DNA of 64,000 nt from Lingula anatina (Eukaryota > Animalia > Brachiopoda): NCBI GenBank assembly GCA_051362555.1, contig CM120640.1, positions 48,648,788 through 48,712,787 on the forward strand, in the 5' to 3' direction. Positions 1 through 13,300 of the stretch are shown here, piece after piece. The notes under the pieces were generated by a model. The model was not told where the DNA came from and did no database searches. It worked only from the letters and a program-made list of their open reading frames with translations. The translations under genes and the position numbers were made by a program. The first letter of the stretch is position 1. Each line of letters opens with the position of its first letter.

Positions 1-1729
1 CATATAAGTGGGCTAAACATGAATAGAATATCAACAGAACATTGCCAGTAATTTCTCCCTGCATCCCATTATACCTGCTGACCTCTTTACAACTACAGGT
101 GACAAAAGTGGAGGATTTGCCTCTCCACATTCCAGACTTTCTCATTCAAATAAACTCTTCGCTTATTCATGTAATACATGTATGTGCTCTGCCAACATGA
201 TGGAGCCTTTCAATAAATAATTAAATCCAACGGTACACCCAATCTGCCTCCAGAAAATAAATCTCCTATGAATCATACAGAGCATGGAAGGCATTCAATC
301 CAATTAGAATTTTTTGCATAAAATTAATAAGGTCTTGGTTCCTTAGTTCTACCAGAGTCGGTCAATGTTGTGTCATTAGGGCTAAAATGTACATGCCCAG
401 CATAGACCAGCACTTGTATCAGAGCCTAGATCATAGATTGCAGTCTAGCAATTGCACCACCTGGTTGAGAACTTAAAAAGTTTCCAGAACTTCTGCCACG
501 GAACCTAATACTTGGTGTTCAGCTAGTAACTGTTAGGTGTTCAGTTCACATGCAGCACTGCTGCAGCTCAGTTTTAGGTTTACAATAGGATATGTGAACA
601 AAGTCACAAAGTCAAGACCTGACTCCTGTTGACCTACACTATAGTGGAATAATGTTCTGATGTTGTTAATGCTTTAAAAAACTTGTTTATTTTACCTTTC
701 ATGCCTTGGCAGAAGTTCAAATTTCCTACATCACCCAAGCATGTCACCAACCTCTGCAGTGAGGCTTAATTGCTTTATTTCCTAATTTGCTTTGCTGCAG
801 TAGACTTTGAATCACAGCATAAACCAATCAAAGAAATATAAAAATAATTGATACATTCTGTGGTGATAGGTAAGAACTGGCTACGAAATCCACAAATATT
901 TTTGATGTGTTGCAAGGTGTGGGACATACTCAAGCTTACAAATGCACATGTAAGGTTATTTCTAAATAAATTACTTAACAATCCTCTTACTGACACTGTG
1001 GTCAAGTGATGTGGTTGGTGGTCACATAAATCTTGAGAAGTTTATTAATTGTACCTTATATTGTGTAAAAAGCTATGTCAAGAAAAGGATTATAACTAAG
1101 GTCTATTGCATTCCTGTAATCTATTTAACATGAAACATTCTAACAGAATCAAGCATGGAATCTAATTTAGAGTCAGTTTCTATTCCAATAATTACAAATC
1201 ATTTCTTGCCAAGTTGTAAATACAAAGATGTGATTATAGTTCACCTCTGAGATTATATGTCCAATATATTAAAAAATGACACAGGGATACCTTTATTTTA
1301 CATTCCCATTTCAGATTTACTATTAACAGTGGCTTTGATTAAAAAAATTGATTGATAATTATAATGCAAACAATATGAAAAATATTTAAATTTAAAAATA
1401 CAAGTCAGTCAAAGTTGCTACTTGGTCAGTGTGCCATTTTCAGACAAACGCAAGATATCATGGTGGCACCTAAGTTCCTTCCCTAGCTTAGCCAAGTGTC
1501 AAATGGTTTCACTGTCCACTGGGTTTCACTGCCCACACAGTGACCGATAAATAAAAATAATTGGAGGTTCCACACTACTGCAGTGTGTGCTAAAATTGAG
1601 AACCTCCATATCTAATATCTTAGATCAGAAAATGGAAGTAGTGTCTGCAACAATGTAAATTGTTTGTGATAATTGTTGTAAAAAAAGGTTTACTTTACTA
1701 ACTTGAAAATTCACTTTACTTTACAATAC

Positions 1730-2086
1730 CAGACATGCTGAAAACTTTTCAGAATGGCTGGACATTTGGACCGGCAGTAATGAAAAATTTGCCGGACCGA
1801 ATGGATTTTTGTCGGACCAAAAATCACCCTTTCCGTTTGAGACAGATACTACCAGTATGATTAGGGTAGCTTACTTTGTTTGTTTGTGAATGTGATAGGT
1901 TAGAAATGGAAGGGAAAAATGCTTTGGGTTTTATATAATTTAATTAGTGAAGTTTGTCAAATGATATCTGTAAATTCAAAACTGCTGCTCTTAAAACTCT
2001 TGTCGGTCTTTTGGACTGACCAAGTCCAATTTTTACCGGTACAGACAAATTTCCCCGGTCATGACCGATCGGTTTCAGCATGTCTG
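1730..2086. mobile_element. MITE (non-autonomous DNA transposon) with 14-bp TIRs
   Basis: CAGACATGCTGAAA at 1730-1743 and TTTCAGCATGTCTG at 2073-2086. Flanked by the direct repeat CAATAC (1724-1729 and 2087-2092). Subterminal GGACC/CGGTC motifs. Confidence 0.85.
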
Positions 2087-3667
2087 CAATACAGTGATAG
2101 TGTTGGCAATCAAGTCTATCTCAGAACTCAATTATGATTAAGAACTACTAAATATAACCTGTCATTGCTGCAAAGGATGCAATAGTATGTATTGAACTAT
2201 CCAATTTTAAAATCCTTTAAAGGCATACTTTTAAAACTTCAAATAATAATATTGATAATAATAAAAATAAACATAAAAACAATACTAATAACAATAATTG
2301 CAGTACATAGCAATTGTGTTTTTGAGATGTTATATACATAGAGGGCCAAAGCTGCTGCATTCATTTGGCTATATAGAGACAACACCCAACAGAAGTGGCA
2401 CAACTGCAGATGGAGACAAATCTGTTTGTGACAATCATCTGCTTGTGTATCTGTGCCTGTGTGCGTGCAGGTCACAACTGACCACACAAATTGTACATAT
2501 GTAGTTAACTGACACACCATATAACAACACACACACCAATTTGCATGTTTATAAGCCACCACTAGACCAACACAGTTTGACCTGTAAGCTGACACATTTG
2601 ACCAACTTCCCAGCATCTCTCTCTTTTTAGTATTCTGTTTGAATTTTAAGATGACAATTTTGACCTTCAAGTAGGGGAACAGCTTTTAAAATCCCTTTAC
2701 ATTTCTTTAACTGTTTGCTTAAAATATTTTATATGTTTGCACTTGTCAATTTTCAGTAACAGAATTTGTAACTATCATGTTAAATATTAAGGCAAACAGC
2801 CACAGCATGACTGTACTAAAGCTGTCCCTGTCCAGCTAGTGTGTACTTCCCATTGTGTTAGAAAAGACTGCTCCAAGGTGAAAGGAAACCAGGCATTGCT
2901 ATTCACAAAAAACATTTGAGGTTTCGTGTTCAGTTTATATTTTGTTTTTGAATGAAAAGAAATGACTAAAACTACCTATCCTAGCATCAAGTCATGCATA
3001 CAAATGCAACACCTGAATGTTATATGAAAAAAAAAGAGCATGACTGTCATTTTAAACCACATTGGATTCCTTATAAAAATTGAGTTTATAGAAGCCTTAA
3101 AAGGCTTCTAGGTTCAGATGTAAAAATAGGGATGGGCTTGCTTTGACTGATATGATTTGGATGTCTCAATTAGAGCTATAACAAGATGTGCCAGTAGTCA
3201 TGAAATGTGCACATTAAAATCTAGTGAATTTAGTTTATTCAGGAAAGTTAGACTAGTTTCTACAATTGTCATATTCATACTGTAACAGATATTTTTATGA
3301 GGCAGACAAGTGACATTTGCAATAACCAGGATAACAATGGAGGGGAAGGGGGGGTAGTGGGGAGAGGCAATAGAGAAGGAAACTGTGTGTGTGTGTGTGT
3401 TTGTTTTTTTTTGTTTTTGTTTTTTTTTTTTGGCTTTTAGAGTAGTTTTAAGTAAGAAATGCATGAAACCTGCTTATCTGGGTTTAAGGGAATTGAATAG
3501 CAACTAGTATCTGTCAAAATGGTTACGGGATTACAGTTCAGGTTTCTATACACCGATATCAAATTTTGAGAAACTTAAGCAAAACACTCATGCTGTAAGT
3601 ACTCTTTACCTACAAAAAGTTGCAATCGTCCATATCAGACTTTGCAGTCACAAGATAAATTTTGTTA

Positions 3668-3883
3668 TCATATCTCACCTTTGTTAACATAAATGTACAG
3701 TTTCTCGGGTAACTCCAACTGTCTGCCAGGATGTATTTTATTTATCTTTTTCCATTCATCTATGTAGTCCTGTCTGAGTTGTCCAAACAGTTCATAATCT
3801 ATATCAACCCTGCCTTCCTCTGTAAGTCTAACAGCACTCAAAGCCCATTCAGGCTCTACAGCTATGTCTTTTCTACCTGACAT
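3668..3883 (-). CDS. Candidate 71-aa small ORF downstream of the EH gene stop (function unknown)
   Basis: ACC-ATG context, protein-like charged composition (…DIDYELFGQLRQDYIDEWKKINK…), frame open back to 3946, and upstream acceptor-like sites. No family recognised. Confidence 0.3.
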   Translation of the reverse strand: MSGRKDIAVEPEWALSAVRLTEEGRVDIDYELFGQLRQDYIDEWKKINKIHPGRQLELPEKLYIYVNKGEI

Positions 3884-4361
3884 GGTCTTACAGTGGACCT
3901 GTAGCTTTCTACACCCAAACTGTCTGTCTCCACCCGGAATGTCAGTCTACACACACAATACTACTGTTTAACCAGTGGTTAATCCAAATGGTACTGTGAC
4001 AGTAATCTTCAAGTGATAGGTACTTCAGAAAATCTGTACGCAAATTACAGTCCTACGTGGGAATATGTAATGATAAGAGAGAAGATACCTGGGCCTTTTT
4101 TATGCCTCTTTTATAATCCCTTCCGGCAATGATGCTTCAATTTAAACATGTAGACGCCCAGGTTCGTTGCAGAACAATTAGTAAAGCACCTGAAATAATC
4201 CTAATCCTGGCTCAGTGGTTTCTATTCAAATCTGCCACACCACACTGAACTGAGCTTATGAATCATTATCTGACACAATATCTTTCCTGTTTTCAAAAAT
4301 ATGTCTAATAGAGATACGTCATCAACCAAAGGTGGAGATATGCCTTCATGATTAGGTGCGG

Positions 4362-7300
4362 TTACGTAAAAGCTAGAAAGCAAAAAAATATATCCACTTA
4401 TCTCCTTATTAAGAGAAACAAGTTTATAACAGGTTAAGTTTATTATTCTAATATAATAGTATTGTTCAATTATCCATACAGAATATCAAAGTAGTGCTGG
4501 TAACATTACAATAAAGGACAAATGAGTAAACATAAATGCAACCTACATTCATAACACTTCAGCTGTACATAATACATGTGGAAATATAATAGCAAAACTG
4601 CCTCTGAGCCAATAATATTACAATAACACTGAAAATCCACCAATTATGTTGAGATATCCATGGCAAACAAGAGCTAGTAGGAGTTGAGGAGCACAGGATT
4701 TTACAGACAAGTTTTTCAAATGTGGAGATTGTATGGAACCCATTATAATATACAACATCTAACTCTATATCTTACAGTGACACACCTGTGCAATTCTAAA
4801 CAACCTGAATGTAAGTTTCTATGCTAATTCCTACCAAGCAAAACAAGGTGAAACATGTCAGTAAACTTGCAAACTTTGATGTTTGTCTTTGTATACAGGC
4901 CCTAGTTTAAGAGATTTCTGTACATAGTAAGATGGCGGTACCCACAGGCATTGTGTCATATTGTCTCTGTACATCAATCTGTTGCTGTAGTCAAATATTT
5001 AGCATACTCCATGCAACTTGTATTACAACATTAAGGTAGAATATAGAGGCTACCTTGAAAGGTGTTAAATCTTTCATATTATATTATATGCTTCTTAGTT
5101 TTTAAAAGTTTGAGAGATTAAGAAATATCTAAAAAAGACATGTGGATGATACAGCTTGTATTTACCTTGAGCCTTGGTCTTGGGGATTACATCTGGCTGC
5201 GGCTTCTGAATCTGCTTCTTGCGTTCTTCATACCTCTTCATGCTGTTCAGTGGTTTCCCACTGGTGGCTGGCATTGGGGGACTCTCTGGAACCCCTTTCC
5301 ATGTGGCAACTTTCTTTCTCCTCACCTGTGGTATAGAAAAGAAAATTTCATTCTTATTTTTAGAATATAAGCAAATGTATTATATCAAACTGATCATGTT
5401 GATTTAATGCCAATTAATGTAAGTAAATTAATGTAGGTCATATCCCCATGATGAAGGGTTTTGTGTACCTTTGGCACATATTCTTATTTTGATCATGAAA
5501 CCCAACAAGTGTAAACTCAGTGTGAAATTTATCTAAAAACACCAAGTTGATTAAATAATCCTGATAAAGTGTAAAAAACAAACAGCATAAGCCACTGGAC
5601 TAATAAAACTTTTCAATGACCTGTCAAAAAAGTATTCTTTTGTTGACAATGTTGCTTAGGAATGCAAATAGCAAAAAGCAAATAATGCTTCACATCACCT
5701 TCTTTTTAAAAAACTAATTTGTAGAAGCAGTATTTGTAGAAGCACAACAAACAGAACAGACTGGCAACCTTCCAATACTCACTTTCATTTGTGAGATAAG
5801 TTGCTTTCTTTCCTTCTCCAGTTCATTTTCCCCAGAGGTGACTTCCACCTCCTCTTTATGGAAAACATGGGAAGGTTCCACCTCTCTGGCAATCTCCATG
5901 GCCTTATCTATAGCTTTCGTATTACGGGGTGGCTTGGGAGGAATGGACGTAGTTTTACTTTGTGTGGTGCCAAAACTGATGACATCAGGTGGAATGATTG
6001 TAGGGCTGTCGTCATCTCCACCTAGTGTGAACTTGGCTGGCTGTACTGGAGACAGTGGGGAGACAACTTCATCTGGCTTCTGGCCAGGATCTTGTATATT
6101 AATACCTGGTTTATTATTTCCTTGTGTCATTTCACCTAAACCAACCAAATCTGGAATGGACTTGCACTGGTTTTCTGGGAAATATTCCTCCCGACCTGTT
6201 GCCTTGGGGACATCAGTTCCCTGATTATCCCCACTTGTCTGCTGCTGTGAACTGTCCATTGCTTGGAAATCTGGAATAGATTTACACTGATTCTCAGGAA
6301 AGTACTCAGGTGTATCAGTTATTTTTTTTACTGGTGGACTGTCAAGTTCTGTTAGGTCCGGCACAGACTTGCACTGGTTTTCTGGGAAATATTCATCAGC
6401 GATGGCAGGTTCAACTTCATCTCGTCCAGATATCACATCCCCAGTGGAAGTGAGCACAACATTTGTCTGATCAAGTGCTGTTAGATCTGGGACAGACTTG
6501 CACTGGTTTTCTGGGAAATATTCATCAGCCATGGCAGGTTCCACTTCATCTCGTCCAGATATCACATCCCCAGTGGAAGTGAGCACAACATTTGTCTGAT
6601 CAAGTGCTGTTAAATCTGGGACAGACTTGCACTGGTTTTCTGGGAAATATTCACTTGACTTCTGCTGAGACTGTTGAAAGTCTTGAGATTCTGGGAGAGT
6701 TTTCTCACAGATTTCTTCTGGCTCATCTAATTCTGTTAGATCTGGGACAGACTTGCACTGATTTTCTGGGAAATATTCCCTGGAGATGTGCACTGCTGTC
6801 CCATCTTCAGTTTCATCTTGTTCAATCTCACTGCCATCAGATACTGGTATGCCTGTTTCAACAGGGAAATTGATATCTGGTTTCAGTTCACTTTTGATCT
6901 CTTTAATAATGTGGTCTTCCTTTACCCCATCATCTTCCGTTATATCATCTTTTCCATTAGAGCTGTGAATTCCACCATTCTGAATTACAGCCCTGGCATA
7001 GGCATCATCTGCAACAAGTTCTGCAAGCATTTCAATACCTGCTTGTTTGTTTTCTTCCACAACAGCCACTGACCTATCACTGTGATCATTCCCACTGTCA
7101 TTCACAATGAAATTCAATGTATTGTCTATAAATATGGTGGGATCTTTCTTTACCAGAGCTATGGGAGATATGGGTTCCTCTTCTATGGAGACAGGGCTGT
7201 GACTTCTGGCAACAGGGAAGTCCTCTTTCACATCATCAATACTCCCATCCAAGCTGTACCCTTGAAGCTCCTGGGGTTCAGTCAGCCCATTCTGTCCATG

Positions 7301-10300
7301 GCTAGGTGCTGCTTCATTTAAGACAACATGTTCCACTGGGAGTAGCACTATGTCACCAACCTGTTCCATATGGGATATGTCTCTCCTCTGAGCTACTTCT
7401 GATTGTATCTGATCCTCTTCAACACCTTCTTCCATATCATGGAGATTTGGGAGAGATGCATCATGTTCTTGCATTACAGGTAAGATTCTGTGCTCTTCCA
7501 CTCCAAGTTTATCTTCCTCTTCTTCTTTCTGTCCTGTTGGTGAAACTTTCCGCTTTATGGATACTGGCTGAATTTCGTCCTCACTCACTGACCCACTGGA
7601 CCTAACTCTTGCCCCTCCTGTAGCAGTGACCAGCGTTGGGACAAAATCAAAGCTCTGGTCAGCAACTGAGTCCATATCAGCAAAAAACTGGGCACGGAGA
7701 TTGGCCAATTCGTCTCTGCAAGCTTTTTTATTCTCCATGTCTTGCTCTTCTTCAGATGTTACAGGATTAAGTTCAATGTTGGTCACTTCTTTTTCAATAT
7801 CAACTGGATGTTCTACCCTCGATTTTGCAACTTGTGGAATAATCTCATCTTCTTGGCATGACTTGGCATTTGTGTCTGTGGAATTAGGGGCAAGAGGTGG
7901 AGGGAAGTCTCTAGTAGGACTTGTTTGGGGCAGATAGCCCACAGATTTCCAAGATATTGCCTGGCTGGCACTCCCAGGGCTGGTAAATTTTGGTGGAGAT
8001 ACTATATGAAGGTAAGTTGTGGGTTTACTTGTCACTGATGCCTCAGTTGATTGACCCTTAGGTTCTTTCTCTTCATGTGATGTTTTCATTGGATCAGAAC
8101 TAGAACTATCTAGGAACAATGGAGATGGAGAAGGCGAGAGAGATGGGGAGGTTGAGCCTGGGGAGCTAGAGGTTGAACCTAAAGTGGTTGTGCCTAAACT
8201 ATCCTGTTGCAGCTTTTGTAGTTTTGCCTTCCGCTTTGGTCGATCAGGTTTTACAGGAGCTTTCCTAGGTTCAGCAGATGCCAAATGAGATTGGTGTTTA
8301 CTTGAGTCTGAAGAACTGATACTGTTTGACTTGCTGGCTTCTTTGTCAGACCCCTGGCTTGGTGGTGATGTTGGCTTGTTGTTGTTCTTCCACTGCTGTT
8401 CTGTAGAAACTGGCTTTGGTTTGGGTGCCTCTTCAACAGGGATTTTGACTGGTACAACTTCTGATTCAGTCTCCTTGGTAATACTTTGCTTTTGGTCCTG
8501 ATGTATGTCACTTTGATTTGACTGTAAGATCAAACTGGTTCTTGGAGCTGGAATTGGTTGCTGTTTTGGTTTATTACCCTCTCCTTGACTTTGTGCAGTA
8601 CTAATCTTTTCAGGTGTTTGCCCTGGGTGTGACAAGACAAATTCCTTTATTTCTGGAGTAGATTTTTCATTAGTGCTATCAGTTTCTTTTCTCTCTTCTG
8701 AATCCTGACATGTATTTGCTATTGTAATTTGTTCTTTTAAAACTGGTTTTGAGTATTCTGCTTCTTTAGGTTTCAGTATGAATTCACTGTCCTCTGAATC
8801 ACTTTCCTTTTCTGTATTAATGAGTATGCTTGTTCCAGGCTCTGAGGTATTTAGTTTTTCTTCAGATTTCAATTTTCTTGAAGCGCCTTCATTCAAATCT
8901 AAATGCTGCACATGTAAAGTTGAACAACTGGCAGTTGGGGTAGTGTCCTTAGTATCTGATAGCAAATCTTCTTCAGATCGGAATTTCCTTCTGCTATATT
9001 TAAAGTCTTGGTCTCTTACTGGTGTTTCAGTTATGTCATTTGCTTCTTTTCTCAATGTTTCAATGTTTGCAGATCTTCGCCTATATTTCGCAAACCTATC
9101 CAGTGGGTCAGCAAACTCGCCTGGAATTCTTTGTGGAGTTACTCCTGCGTAGCTCCTCCTGTTGTAGCTTGGTCTGGTTCTTGTTTCTACTTGTTCCTCA
9201 GGCTGGGCGGTGTAGTCTGCTGGGTTTTTCTAAAATTGAAAAATTTTTTTTTCTTGAAGTCCCATTCAAAAATTATCTATATAAATTACTTTTGAAGCCA
9301 TGGTCAACAACAAATTACTTTTCCATTATATATACAAATACAAAGAAAATACCAGCGACCACAAGAAAAAAGTCCAGTCCATTACTGGTACATTCCTACA
9401 CAATTCAACTTAACACTTCCTTCAATTTCATAATTGAAAAGATATTATGTATACATGGGTACCCAAACCTTAGTCAACTTCCAATGGAAGCCTCAGCAAC
9501 CATACTGTTAGAGTTGGCAAAAAGTAAAACACATCACACTTTCTCTTTGACAGGGTAAGATTTATTACTCAGAAACACATTTACGCACTAAACAGTTCAG
9601 TGTAACTTATGACAACAAGCCAAACATATGAAGCAGATTATTAAGATATTATTAGCTTATAATGGACATTTTAGGCACTCTCTGCTACATACACTGGGCC
9701 AGTTCCCCACTTTGATCACAGAACAATAGGAATATATGACCTAAGGACCCACAGGCCTTTCCTATGCCCACAGTGCCAACATTTATTTCATGTTATGTAT
9801 GATGGCATAACAAAATGCACCAACACTGCCATGCTAACTAGTTTGAATAGCAATATCTGCCTAATCCCTTCAGTTTCAGCACTTGAGACAAGCTCAAAGG
9901 TCATCCACTTTTTTCTATCATTCTCCTCGTCTTTGAATAAACTTGTTTATTCAATTACTTAAACTGGTCTATTTTTCAAGTTTCATAGGTCAATAAGACG
10001 GATAGGGCATTATTATACATTTTGTAGCCTCCTACTAACAGGGTAGTTCTCACCCCACATAAATACTTAACAAGACTGACATTATACAAGACACCATGAT
10101 GCTGAGTTAAGTTCTAATACATCACTGAGTCAGACACTTGAAAAAGTCTATTCCAACACAGTGACACTTCAACATTGAAATCAAAATGGACATCTATATG
10201 ATTCTGTAATACTGACAACAAAAGCACAGGAGCTGAACTTTTTACTACCTTATCTATCATATTATATATATTACTCTCTTAATGGGTCCACTGCATAACG

Positions 10301-13300
10301 GCAAGTGGCTATAGCATGGTCTGTGGCCTACTGTTACCACAAAACTGGTTTCAGTTGATGATTTCGCCTCAGTTGTCCTATTGTTGATGAAAAGAACTGC
10401 AGGTGTACAGAGACTAAAGTGCCAAAGTGGTGTACATTACCTTAACACTTTTTTCTTTTTTAAACTCACTTAAAATAGACAATGTGCTTTTACCAAATTA
10501 ACCCCCTAATATAGCCCAGACTAAGATAAGTTTCCTCCTAAGCCTCATCTTAACACTATTATAATAGTTATGGTAAGACTAAGGCCTACGTTATGCTTAT
10601 TTTTTATATACATGCATGCTTAATAAAGATGTGTGCACAGAATTTTCAAGAAACTTCCTTCAGAACTAACCTTTGATACCCCCAGAACAACTTTCCTGCG
10701 TCTAAACATCTTCTGAGCCTTAACTGTACAAAAAGCAACAGGCAGTATTGTTCAGTCGTTTAACCAGATGTGTATAAAACAACCAGCGAATTACAACAAT
10801 CTGCATGCCATCTCGTTTATGAATTAATCAGCTCTGCCTGTATACAGTTCATAAAACAGAAACTGAACCGCTTGTGGTAAAAATAAAACTCATGCAAATC
10901 TTACATGTAAATTGAGGTTAAACTGTTCTGCATAAAGTACAGACCTGCCTATTTTCTATGCATTAAAACAAAATGTTTTAAGGTCAAAGATCCTCTGCCT
11001 TAGGCATGGAAGAACGTGTTGAAATGCTACACATCCACCATTTCAAAAACATATTTACTGCATTAATTGTCATTCCATTTTCATTTTTGCTACAAGGTAT
11101 TAAAACTGATGATATTTTAAGACAAGTAAAATCTTCTGACTTGTGCTTTTAGGTCATAACATTTTTAAAAATACAATATCCTACTTTCAAAATAATTCAA
11201 AACTACTCAGTTATTTTCTGTTAGTCTTAACATAAACATATTTTTTGAAAACTACTTCTTAACAATTTACACTGCCAGATCTGATAATATCATGCCATAC
11301 AATCAGAAGTATAAATTACATAAAAAAGCTACACTAAATAACCATCAACTACAGGTGTCTGCTACAAATTGGGCAAAGTAACTTATGATTGGTGTATAGT
11401 CCATGTGAAGGCTATCATTACTCATATCAAAAAACAAAACACGCATCATGATCATTTAAGCCAATTCACTGATATCATTCAATGCATAATAACACATTAT
11501 CACCGATGAAAAATAAAGGGGTTCTAATGCAAGCCTCTACCCATGCTGTGCACATTAAATTTGTATTACCTTCACTTGCAGTACTCCACATGTAGCTATA
11601 ACCTGCCTCCGACCTGCAGCCTGTCTAATGATATCATCTCAGTTTATTTTACATAATATACTTAAACACTGTCACTAGTCTGGGTTAACTTTTGTGGATA
11701 TAAAGTTTAAGAGATAAATGCACATTAAATGGGGCTTTAGTGACATTCTCTTTCAAGTTGCTGCCATTCAGATTATATGCTTTAAATGGTTACTATAAAA
11801 TTTCTACTGTTAACAGCAGCTATAAATGTATAATGTGCATTTAAATACAAAGAAAATTGTGCAAGCATTAAAAAAGAAAAAAAATAAATTATAAGGTTAC
11901 AAACAGCCTCTGAAACAACTAATTTGCAGAAAAATATTAAGATACTTAGTTGAAAATAAAAATTAAAATTAAAGGTGATACAACTAGAAAAAAAGAAAAA
12001 AGTTTAAACTTGAAAGTACAACCAAAAATGAATCCCCTTTAAATCAACATTATAAACAGTCTACAAAATCACTAAAACTTTTCTAACTTGAGAGCAGTAC
12101 AGTATCACCTACTACTGACTGTGTTGTACATACCTTGCCTTATTCTGGCTGAATGTCCAACTTATAATGAAAGGACTTCCAAATCTTTTCATTTTATTAA
12201 GTTCCCCTTTATGCGTCACTACCAAAAATTCAACTCATGTCTTTAGTAATAAATTAATTGGTTGCACAAATTAATAGTGCCTTCCATAACTTTGGTTAGT
12301 TTTCCTGTTTTCTCACAGGTGTTAACTACAGGTGAACTGGTCAGTCATCTTTCCGGTCACCTCTCAGATGCTCATGGTTGCCTTAGTCATCTTCAAGGGG
12401 CTTGCAAGTGTTTCCTGGGGTGTGCTGGGCATTTTTTTTAAAATTTAATAATTTTTTTTTGTAAAGATTTTGTTAAATATTGCTCTCGCTCTCTTTCAGA
12501 TTATGGAAAATAGTGATATCATGGAGTCCTGCACATGGAAATTATTGCCAATCATGTCTGTCACCATAATCATATTATAAGACTCTTGGCTATGTTAATT
12601 TGGCTAGATTAATTTCTAATACTGATTAATTTTTTTTTTTTGAAGTACAACCAGAATGACATATTTCTGGTTTATCTTTTACTGGGACAGGCTCAACATG
12701 AAGTATAGGAGTGTTGTTCAGAATGTGTCCCAAACCAAGGATAATGCTTTGAATAACTAGTCAGACAGGTTTCCAATTCCAGGCGTTCCATTTAAAGGAG
12801 TGCACAAAACTGCTTATCAAGGTGTTCCTTCAGGTTTGCTGACCAAATACCCAACTCTTTTCTAGTTATTTTTAGCAGTGGTGACCAGAATAGGTCCTTG
12901 TTTGACAAATGTACTTGCAAGATGGATGTCATGCACCTAGAACATTCTGTGCTCAAGTCCAAACTTCCTTACCTGTCTATGACTTGACCAAATGGAAGGC
13001 TAATATAATCAGAATGTTGTGCAGATTTACTCATAAATATTCTTTATTTTCCACTATTTGTTTCTTATTTTGAACAAGATTGTGTGCCATTAATGAGCAT
13101 TTATTACAAATCATTAGAAGACTGAGCACAAGAGCCATGCCAAATATCTGACATGCAAGGTAAAGGTAGATGGTAAGTAATAAAATCTATCATTTCTTTG
13201 TAACATACTGTTCTGGCTAATGTCTCTGGACATTACATAGTTTACATATTATTTCAACCTTTTATCCACATAATGAAGTCCACATTTATTTCTCTGTTGT

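Noticed and set aside
350-620. Possible decayed SINE fragments (similar impressions near 9680-9800, 21810-21890, 52400-52580 and a HINE-like relic at 56580-56815)
   Set aside because: No clear A/B boxes, termini or TSDs; cannot be supported without a repeat library.
2239-2670. 143-aa and other 60-120-aa ORFs in introns and intergenic DNA
   Set aside because: Composition reflects AT-rich low-complexity DNA; no splice-consistent links or recognisable domains.
5801-9558. Many + strand ORFs of 60-178 aa
   Set aside because: Antisense shadows of the giant coding exon.
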